Below, in pieces: positions 18,383-26,274 of a stretch of 64,000 bases of DNA (position 1 is its first letter; each line of letters starts with the position of its first letter). The DNA lies in assembly GCA_050012475.1 (NCBI GenBank), contig JBEKHC010000009.1, forward strand, positions 1 to 64,000. Reading direction: 5' to 3'. The notes beneath the pieces are model-generated. The model was not told the DNA's origin. It was given only the letters and a program-made list of their open reading frames with translations, and did no database searches. The DNA comes from Candidatus Velthaea sp. (GTDB lineage: Bacteria > Vulcanimicrobiota > Vulcanimicrobiia > Vulcanimicrobiales > Vulcanimicrobiaceae). The position numbers and the translations under genes are program-made.

Positions 18383-19805
18383 CTACGCCGTCGCCCGCGC
18401 CGGCTTGATGAAAACCACGAATGCAAGCCCGCCCACAAACACGCAGGCGCAAATGCGAAACAGATAGCTATACGCAATCGCGCTCGCAGATTGCATGAGC
18501 AGCCCGTTGATCTGTCCCATCGATGCGCCGGAGCTGCGGGTTACCCCGCCGGCGAGAGCCATCCAGGCGACGCTCGTTTCTCGTGCGAGCAGTGTGGTCA
18601 GCACCGCGATGCCGACGCTCGCGCCGAGCTGGCGCACGAGCATGGACACGCCGGTCGCGCTTGCGAGCTCGTTTTTTGGAATGGGAGCGAGCATCGTGGC
18701 CGTCACCGGCACGAAGGTCAGGCCCATGCCGAGTCCTTGGATCAGCCGCGGCCAGAAAACATCGGTGAGGCCGGCGGACCCGTTGAGATCGCCGAACCAC
18801 CAGCACGACCACGCTGAGAGCAGCAAGCCGGCGGCGGTGAGGATGCGGGCATCGACGACGGGCATCAGCCGGCCGACGACGACCATCGCGACGGCCGTAG
18901 CAAGTGCTCCCGGTAAGAGCGCCACTCCGGTCCCGAAAGCCGTCATCCCCATCGATGTTTGGAAAAATAACGGCATGATGAGCGCCGTTCCATACAGGCC
19001 GAATCCGACGATGATCATCAGCAGATTCCCGAACACGAATGTCGGAAAGCGGAACGACCGTAAATCGACGAGCGGGTGCGCTGCGCGGAGCGTCCGGATC
19101 AGAAACCACGCCGTCGCGAGCACCGCGACGAAGCTCAGAACGACGATCGTCGAAGAATCCCACCAATCATCGTGCTGACCGCGTTCGAGCACATACTGCA
19201 GGGCAGCCAGGCCGGACGAAAGCAGTGCCAAGCCGAGCCAGTCGACGCCGCCCTTTGGTTTTTGCAGATAGTGCGGATCGGGAATGAACGCGATCGTCAT
19301 GAAGAAAGCCGCAATGCCGATCGGCAGGTTGACGAAGAAGATCAGCGGCCACGTCGCGTTGTCGATGATGTAGCCGCCGAGCAGCGGTCCCAGAGCGGGT
19401 CCGACCATCGCGCCGACGCCGAAGATCGCGGTGGCCATACCGCGCTTCTCCGGAGGAAACGTTTCGAAGAGGATGGCTTGCGCGGTCGGCTGCAGCGCCC
19501 CTCCGCCGAATCCTTGGATGATGCGATACAACGTCAATTGCCAGACATTGGCGGCCGTGCCGCACAGCAGCGACGCAAGCGTGAACAGCGCGCGGCATCG
19601 TGATGACGCTCGCGAGCAGATAGCCGGTCACGATCCACGCCGCATCGTCGATCGAGGCTCCCAAATTTCCGGCGATCGTATTCAATCCCACGTTGACGAT
19701 CGTGCCGTCGACGATCGCCATGATCATGCCGAGCATGACCGTCAGCGAGATCAAGAGCGGCGAGGTCGCCGGTCGTGCCGGCGCAAGAACAGATGCCGCG
19801 TTCAT
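18383..19805 (-). pseudogene. DHA2 family (EmrB/QacA) MFS efflux permease disrupted by an internal deletion and frameshift
   Basis: N-part (MAIVDGTIVNV...WIVTGYLLASVITMP) jumps at ~19593 into another frame (ALFTLASLLCG...YRIIQGFGGG); the motif-A loop of about 19 aa is missing. Confidence 0.8.
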
Positions 19806-20197
19806 CGCTCTGGTTGGTACACCGCCGGCGCATCGATCTGCGCCTCGAGGTGATCGGCGAGCCGTTCGCTGCCCGACGCTGCTATCGCGTACACGCGCCT
19901 GCCTTCGACCTCGCGGCCGGTGATGAAGTCGCCGTCTTCCAACATTCGCAGCGTCGGCTCGATCGATTCGGCCCGTGGGCGATAGCCGCATTGGCGTTCG
20001 ACGGCGAACGCGATACCGAGGCTGTCCCGCGGGCCGTCCCACAGGATGCGCAGGACATCATACTCGATTTCTTCGCACGCTGGTTGCCGCGCCGGCCAAT
20101 CTGCCGAGGGCTGCCGAAACGCGGCTCGGATGCGCGAAAGACGGCCTTCGCGATGCCAAAAAAGCATGGGCGGCTTCTCCTCGCTCGTGTGCCTCAC
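19802..20197 (-). CDS. PadR family transcriptional regulator (somewhat degenerate)
   Basis: YRPRAESIEPTLRMLEDGDFI...GRRVYAI; ATGA overlap with the MFS gene. Confidence 0.75.
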   Translation of the reverse strand: MRHTSEEKPPMLFWHREGRLSRIRAAFRQPSADWPARQPACEEIEYDVLRILWDGPRDSLGIAFAVERQCGYRPRAESIEPTLRMLEDGDFITGREVEGRRVYAIAASGSERLADHLEAQIDAPAVYQPER

Positions 20198-20245
20198 TCG
20201 TAAAGAGAGCCGCGAGCGGCCAGGTGATCACGAGAACTCGAGACG

Positions 20246-20274
20246 ATATTATTCGATATATCGAGATATGTCAA
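20246..20274 (-). promoter_or_regulatory. Sigma-70 promoter with a palindromic operator in the spacer
   Basis: Minus strand TTGACA-17 bp-TAATAT; the spacer holds the perfect palindrome TCGATATATCGA (20253-20264). Confidence 0.75.
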
Positions 20275-20754
20275 CTTCGCAATGGTCGTGTCGTTCTCCA
20301 TGAGGGCGCGGTCGCCGGTTCGGCATCAAAGCGAGGTGACGGCTGCTTGTTTGCGCCATGAGAATCTTGTGAACCTCGGCACGCACCGTCGCCGCACCAA
20401 CCGTAGGAGCGCTGTTCGGAAGCCCCGGTTCGCTGGGCAGCCGAATGCAGCGATCGCTAACGGTCGCCCAGTCCGCTGCCCGACGTCGCGTGCTCTGTCC
20501 ATTGCTAGGCTGTATTGCACGATCGGTGAATGCGGTCAAAAGCGAGGCACGATGATGCTAATGTCGAGAAATCGAATCCAGCATACCGATGCAGTATACC
20601 GATCCTGTATGGCACCCTGCGATACATCATCCAAGTCGGGGGCAGCGCGCATTGCGTAAGTACTTGGATTTCGCAACGTTAAGTTTATTGGAGAACGTCG
20701 AGCGTTCCGCTCGCGGCCGGCGAGTCTGCCAACAAGATGCCGCGTATTTTGCCC

Positions 20755-21102
20755 TTATCGACCGAGCATTTCGACGATGCGCGCCCGAATCTCATCGAGA
20801 TGCCCGGACGAAATGTGGTAGTCGGTTTGTTTCACGATGCGCGCTTTCGAGGCAGTCGTAACGTTGTGCGCGATCGCCCAGTTTGTGCGGTCGAATCCAT
20901 TTCGTTCGTCGGGTGCGATCTGCACGCAGAGATCGCGCACTTCAAATGTTAAGGTAGTCGTACAAGGAACAACAACGACGTTTGGATATTCCTCCGCAAA
21001 CAGGCCTGAATCTTCGACTACAATAGCGGGTCGCAATTTATTTGCTTCCTTTGGGGCGGCATCTCGGCGGAAATCGACCCAAAGAATTCGGCCGGCGGTC
21101 AA
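20755..21102 (-). CDS. Type II toxin, PemK/MazF family endoribonuclease
   Basis: GRILWVDF...EANKLRPAIVV...VVVVPCTT; TTG start overlaps the antitoxin stop (TTGA). Confidence 0.88.
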   Translation of the reverse strand: MTAGRILWVDFRRDAAPKEANKLRPAIVVEDSGLFAEEYPNVVVVPCTTTLTFEVRDLCVQIAPDERNGFDRTNWAIAHNVTTASKARIVKQTDYHISSGHLDEIRARIVEMLGR

Positions 21103-21386
21103 GGCCGGCTTCCGCCTACGGTTCCTTCGTATGGTGCAATTCCCGCCCAAACGTCGGGATCTAAGCCGTCGCTTGGCTCGATATCCGTGCCCGCGGGGCT
21201 GGCCGCATGATACCGCTCCGCTGCGTCTCTGCTCTGACGCAGAATCCGCTCCCGGCGGAGCTCACGCAGCCGTTCGTCAAGAAGATCGCGAGCAAGCGTC
21301 GAGGGGCCCACGCCCCGCGCCGCCGCCTCCGCATCAAACAGTCGACGTTGCTCGCGGTCTAGTCGAATCGTCACGGTATCAGCCAC
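21099..21386 (-). CDS. Putative antitoxin (RHH/CopG-like N-terminus, acidic C-terminus)
   Basis: TVTIRLD...AAARGVGPSTLARDLL; directly upstream of and coupled to the MazF-like toxin. Confidence 0.75.
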   Translation of the reverse strand: MADTVTIRLDREQRRLFDAEAAARGVGPSTLARDLLDERLRELRRERILRQSRDAAERYHAASPAGTDIEPSDGLDPDVWAGIAPYEGTVGGSRP

Positions 21387-21392
21387 GACTCA

Positions 21393-21421
21393 ATAGTAGC
21401 ACACAGCTATGTGCGACACAA
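21393..21421 (-). promoter_or_regulatory. TA operon promoter with an inverted-repeat operator; probably leaderless
   Basis: Minus strand TTGTGT-17 bp-TACTAT; the spacer contains GCACA-N6-TGTGC; only 6 nt separate the -10 box from the GTG start. Confidence 0.6.
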
Positions 21422-21530
21422 ATGTAATCGACAAAGGTAAGCCAATAGGTCCCACCCGCACGGAGGTGGACTTCGGCAGCCGACCCCCCAGGGGGGCGCT
21501 CGCGGTAGAGTCGTGAGAGCCTACTTCCTC

Positions 21531-21562
21531 TTGTAGCCGGAAAGTGGAATTTCCGGCGATAA
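21531..21562. other. Candidate recombination site (lox-like 13-6-13 inverted repeat)
   Basis: TTGTAGCCGGAAA-GTGGAA-TTTCCGGCGATAA; arms match at 11 of 13 positions; 37 bp upstream of the recombinase ORF. Confidence 0.55.
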
Positions 21563-21599
21563 AGGGCGAGCGGAAGATGCGGGCGAAAAAAGGGCTTTC

Positions 21600-22799
21600 A
21601 TGGGAATCGATCCTCCGGTTAGCGGATTTTATGAAGGCCCGTCCCCGGACGTTGGCTCGTCCGATGCACCGGGTAGCTCGCCGGCCGTCGCGGGCTCGGA
21701 TTCGATCGCGCGGTCCGATGTTGCTGCTCTTGCCGACGTCGCTGCGTTGGGCATCGGGCACCGTCTGTTCTCGCCCTGGCCACGCGACGGCAGGCCCGCC
21801 GCGGGCGCCGACCGCATCGCCGCAGCGATCGCGACGTCCCGCAAACTCATCCAAGCCGACCGCGCTGCGCTGACGCTTGACAAATACGCCCGCGATTTCG
21901 CCTTGTTCGGCTATTGGGTCATCGCGAACCGTCCGACAAATGCGATCGTCCCGACGCACCCCGCCGTGCTCGGCATCTACATCGGCGACCTTCTCAACCA
22001 GGGTTTGTCAAAAGGCCGCGTCCTCAGCCGCATCGCCGCGGTCCAGTTCGCGAACGAGGCTCTGGGTCATAAATTGCGGATCGACGAAGGCCCGATCCAT
22101 CGCCAGATCCGCGGGTTGCGCCGGCTAACGGAGGTCGACCGCCAAGAACGCACGGCCCTACGGCAGGAAGAGGCGACATCGATCCTCGAGGAGCTCGGCC
22201 CGCCCAAAACGCTGTTCGACTATCGGGAACATGCGCTGCTTGCGCTCGGCTGGACTTCCGCGCTGCGCCGCTCGAACATCGCGCGCCTGCGAGTTCACGA
22301 TGTCAAAATTAAATACGACGCCGTCAACAGCAATCGTTACCTCGAAGTCTACGTCGCGACGAGCAAAACCGATCAAGAAGGGAGAGGTCGCTTTCTCCAA
22401 ATTACCGAGATGCCCGGAAACCACCCACTCTGCGCGGTACGCGCAATCGAAGCCTGGATCACCCGAGCGGGCATTGCCGGCGAACCAAACAGCCCACTCT
22501 TCCGCTCGTTTACACCACGAGGCTTCAAGATCAAAGCCAGCGGCATCGGCGGCCGCGATCTGAGCCTTGCCCTCAAGCGAATGGCGAAAGCAACCGGTCG
22601 CGACGAAACGAAACTTGCCGCACACGCCCTTCGCCGCGGCTTCGCCACATCCGCCGACGAAAAAGGGCTCCGCCGCTCCGTCATTCGCGAACACGGCGGC
22701 TGGAAGTCCGACGCGATGATCGATCGCTACACCCGTGTCAATGCGGCTCGCGACAACGCCATTGCCGAAATCTTTGGTCGAAAAAACGGCGGCAAATAG
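21600..22799 (+). CDS. Tyrosine recombinase/integrase, Cre-like
   Basis: Catalytic set R (ALRRSNI), K (SKTDQEG), H-x-x-R (HALRRG), W (HGGW), Y (MIDRY); helical N-terminal core-binding domain; start codon uncertain. Confidence 0.9.
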   Translation: MGIDPPVSGFYEGPSPDVGSSDAPGSSPAVAGSDSIARSDVAALADVAALGIGHRLFSPWPRDGRPAAGADRIAAAIATSRKLIQADRAALTLDKYARDFALFGYWVIANRPTNAIVPTHPAVLGIYIGDLLNQGLSKGRVLSRIAAVQFANEALGHKLRIDEGPIHRQIRGLRRLTEVDRQERTALRQEEATSILEELGPPKTLFDYREHALLALGWTSALRRSNIARLRVHDVKIKYDAVNSNRYLEVYVATSKTDQEGRGRFLQITEMPGNHPLCAVRAIEAWITRAGIAGEPNSPLFRSFTPRGFKIKASGIGGRDLSLALKRMAKATGRDETKLAAHALRRGFATSADEKGLRRSVIREHGGWKSDAMIDRYTRVNAARDNAIAEIFGRKNGGK

Positions 22800-23051
22800 G
22801 TCGTATTGCTGTCTTCTGCAAGAAGCTCGTGACGGATGCGTGGCCGCAATCGAAAGCCGCTCGATCGTGGCGTCGACCGAGGGCCCGAGTCTTCCATCGA
22901 TGAACGATTTATTCAACGATTCGGCAGCGTCCGCCGTCCTCGAGCAGGTTGCGCAATGTCCTGCTTGGTCGCGCCGGGGGCCCCGCATCGCCGCGCAAAA
23001 ACGTGCGCGCGTCGTGTCGTCGCGGTTGAACACGTAGCCGTGAATCCGACG

Positions 23052-23646
23052 TTAGCGTGTCGACGCTTCGCTCCCGCCTGGGCGTCCGATTCGCGCCCGT
23101 TCGTAGAGCGCATCGAGGTCGAGTACGTAGTCGATCGATGTAAGGACGATGGAACCACCGATGAAATCACGGGGTGCGACGAAGAGTCCCTGCGCATCAC
23201 GAACGTAGAGAATGGCCCATCGCCTGCGTGAGTCGACGACGAGATACTCTTGGATCGACGAAATCGCCTGATATTCGAGCAGCTTTGTGCCAAGATCGTC
23301 GTCCGCAGTGGGCTCGGAAAGCATCTCGATGACGAGCGACGGCCGGCGAACCTTGCGCACCTCGTCATCCGATAGATCATTCTGATCGCAGGTGACCATC
23401 AGATCCGGAGCGCGCTCGTCGTCGCTCGCGTCCGAGAGTGCGAGGGTCGAGACGGGCAGTACATCGCACCCGCGCGCCTGCACGTGACTTTGCGAGAAGA
23501 TTGCCGAGCGCGATAGCGAGGCGTTGATGGCGCTTTGTCGGTTTTGCTTGTGCGATAATCTGACCGTTCACAAACTCGAACTTTTCGTCATGCGCTTCGC
23601 CGTAGGCGAGGAAGTCGGCATAGCTAATCCGTTCGGGGTTGAGCAT
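23052..23646 (-). pseudogene. Uma2 (PD-(D/E)xK, DUF820) family endonuclease, frameshifted
   Basis: KFEFVNGQI...HQRLA / PDLMVTC...PSLVIEMLS..T...D...KL.EY; one extra A in GCAAAGT near 23490. Confidence 0.85.
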
Positions 23647-23903
23647 CGGCAGTCCTCAACGGGGGTCCCGGATTTTCGAGCCAGCCGACGGATTTCCGCG
23701 AGCCGGATGAACCCCGAGCGAGGTGCCGGGCAAGACTAAGGTTATCCAGCGCCGTTCTCGAAAAGTCTGACGGGGTCGCAAAAAGAAAGTTGTCTGCACC
23801 CCCGCAAGTCTTGTTGTGCGAAATAGGGATGTGCGAACGGCGCATATGGTCGAAGCGGATATCTTCGGTGGCCGAGGTGTAGTTTACGGGGGACGGCGGG
23901 TGT

Positions 23904-24509
23904 ATGAAAACTGAGGCCGACCCGGACGCCCCTTCCACGTCATTGTCCGCTGAGCGTCTCGCCAGTTTGAGCGATGGGATGTTCGGTGTCGCGATGACTC
24001 TGCTTGTAACGACGCTGATCTTGCCCGTCCAGGCGCTGACGGGATCGGCCGTCAATGTGGTACATGATTTGGGCAGGGCGCTTTCCCCCGTTGTGCTCAG
24101 CTTCGCCATCTCCGGCGTTTTCTGGTTAGCGCAGCAGCGTCAGCTCTCGATGACGCGCTTCATAACGCCTTTACCGACGCTGCTGCACTTTATTTTCTTG
24201 TTTCTCATCGTGCTCTTGCCGATCACGACCGCCCTTTCTAACCGCGGTGTCGAAACACAATGGGTGGTCATGATCTATGGGACGCATCTCGCGCTGCTCG
24301 GTTTGGTAAACCTGCTGCTTTGGATCGAAGTCCGCAACGTCGCGCCCCCGGGCCGGATCGTGGGGTCGTCGTTAATGCTAGTGTCGTTGGTCGCGGCACT
24401 GGCCATCGGCGCGGTCTGGCCCGCGGCCGCCCAATACTTCTGGTATGCCGGTTTCGTTCTGCCGTGGATCGGCCGACAACTTACGCGTAGGTTCTCGAAA
24501 ACGCAATAA
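23904..24509 (+). CDS. TMEM175 (DUF1211) family potassium-channel-like membrane protein
   Basis: ERLASLSDGMFGVAMTLLV, SFAISGVFW, FLFLIVLLP.TT; about 6 TM segments. Confidence 0.85.
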   Translation: MKTEADPDAPSTSLSAERLASLSDGMFGVAMTLLVTTLILPVQALTGSAVNVVHDLGRALSPVVLSFAISGVFWLAQQRQLSMTRFITPLPTLLHFIFLFLIVLLPITTALSNRGVETQWVVMIYGTHLALLGLVNLLLWIEVRNVAPPGRIVGSSLMLVSLVAALAIGAVWPAAAQYFWYAGFVLPWIGRQLTRRFSKTQ

Positions 24510-24592
24510 GTCGGCATTTAAAGCGCGGCATCATCGTAGAGGTACTTCAGGTGTTGGATGGAGATCGGCGATGACCGCGAAAGCGTTTTCTG

Positions 24593-25717
24593 GTGTTTAC
24601 GTTTGCTCGAAGGAGCGTCGTTGCTCTCGCTGCAGCCCTAGTGGTCATTTCTCTCACTCTCGATGCCCAAGTCGCAAGTGCGGCGGAAAGCGCCGTCGGA
24701 TTTACGTTTGTGAGCGTCCCGGGCGACACCGCTCTTCGCGGTGACGCCTCCGGGCGCCTAAAGGTCGTCGTTTGGTACCCGGCTCCCCGCCAAACAGTGG
24801 TGCGGGCGATCGCCGTCGGACCACCGAACGCGCCGTATTTTGCTGAAGGCGAGGGCGCGCAGGACGCGCCAATCGCAAACGCGCCCAAGCCCCGGCCGTT
24901 CGTCGTGGTCTCACACGGTACCGGCGGAACGGCGATGGACCTGGCCTGGTTGTGTGCCGGCCTCGCGGCGCGTGGCTATATTGTCGCGGCGGTCAATCAT
25001 CCCGGAAACAACGCGCTCGCACCGCCGACGATCGCCGGGAATACCGTGTGGTGGTTGCGCGCGGACGATTTGTCGCGAGTCATCGACGGTTTGTTGGCGA
25101 CGCCGCGTTTTGGATCGCGCATCGATCGCGCTCGGATCGGCGCTGCTGGCCTCTCGCTCGGCGGTTTCACCGTGCTGGTGTTGGCCGGCGCTCGGGCCGA
25201 TAGCCGTCTTCTCGGCCCGTATTGCGCGCACAAGCCGAAGACACCGGTGTGCAGCGGTGAAGCCACTCCGGAAATTCCCAACCTCAAGGCAAAGGCGCAG
25301 GCGCTCGCGGCCAGCGATGCCAAATATCGAGCCGCCGTAGCAGCCAACGTGAATCTGCATCATGACTCACGGATCAAAGCGGTGTTGTCTATCGAGCCCG
25401 CCGAAGGACCGGCAACCATTCCGGAAAGCCTCGCCGCGATCGACATCCCGATCGCGTTCGTCGCAGGCTTCGGTGATCGGATTCTGCCGCTATCGGACAA
25501 CATCATCCCCGATGCGCTTGCCGTACCGAACGCACAGCTTATGCTTTTACCGAAGCCTGCCGGCCACTATACATTTCTGATGGATTGCACGTCTGCGGGT
25601 CGTCAGAAGTACCCAGCGATCTGCGCTGACGCGGGATCCGAGCGCGTCGCCGTTCACCATGATACCCTCGAGCTGGCGACATCATTTTTTGCGCGGACAA
25701 TCGGAGTTACGCCGTAA
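24593..25717 (+). CDS. Secreted alpha/beta hydrolase (dienelactone hydrolase/PAF-AH-like)
   Basis: Signal peptide, VWYPA, VVSHGTGG, GLSLGG nucleophile elbow, GHYTF. Confidence 0.85.
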   Translation: MFTFARRSVVALAAALVVISLTLDAQVASAAESAVGFTFVSVPGDTALRGDASGRLKVVVWYPAPRQTVVRAIAVGPPNAPYFAEGEGAQDAPIANAPKPRPFVVVSHGTGGTAMDLAWLCAGLAARGYIVAAVNHPGNNALAPPTIAGNTVWWLRADDLSRVIDGLLATPRFGSRIDRARIGAAGLSLGGFTVLVLAGARADSRLLGPYCAHKPKTPVCSGEATPEIPNLKAKAQALAASDAKYRAAVAANVNLHHDSRIKAVLSIEPAEGPATIPESLAAIDIPIAFVAGFGDRILPLSDNIIPDALAVPNAQLMLLPKPAGHYTFLMDCTSAGRQKYPAICADAGSERVAVHHDTLELATSFFARTIGVTP

Positions 25718-25864
25718 CGAAAACAACGGCCGCGGCGCTCGTCGGACTTGTGCTCGGATTTCGCTCACAAGAAGGAGAGCGGTGCCGAAAAGCCGCAGGT
25801 GCTTTATGCGTTAGCGGGCAGAGCTAACAAGAAGACTGGCGACAAGAAGGGTCGAGGCCGTAAC

Positions 25865-26030
25865 GTGCTCGTTGCGTATGACGATCGCCTGACCGAACAC
25901 CTCGCCGGAGTGGGGCATCCCGAGCGGCCCGGTCGCGTGCGCATCATCGCGCGCGAACTCGAACGGCGGGAGATGCTCGACGAGCGCATTGATACCGCCG
26001 TCGTACAAGCCGGGGAACTCGCACGCGTCG
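25865..26030 (+). pseudogene. N-terminal fragment of a histone-deacetylase-family (AcuC/AphA-like) protein
   Basis: VAYDDRLTEHLAGVGHPERPGRVRII...ELARV; similarity stops before the catalytic core. Confidence 0.65.
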
Positions 26031-26274
26031 ACATGCGGCGCTTCGTCGAACTGGTCGGCACGAGTGCCTGCGGCTCAAACCGGTTGACGCCGAGCTGGTC
26101 TCGAGCGGTGACACTTTGGAACGCATGGAATGGCCGACCGGCAAGGATTCTCCGCCGGATCAGTCGCTGGCCGGCGCTCTCCGTTGTGACGACGGGAACC
26201 GTCCGGTCCACATGGCCATAGAGGATCTGGCGCGCCACTCCAAGCTCCCGGCAGAGATTACTCCGCGCGACGCC

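Noticed and set aside
20650..20690. AT-rich imperfect inverted repeat (TTGCGTAAG...TTTCGCAA) as an island end or IHF site
   Set aside because: Poor symmetry, two mismatches to the IHF consensus and no matching partner at the other side of the island.
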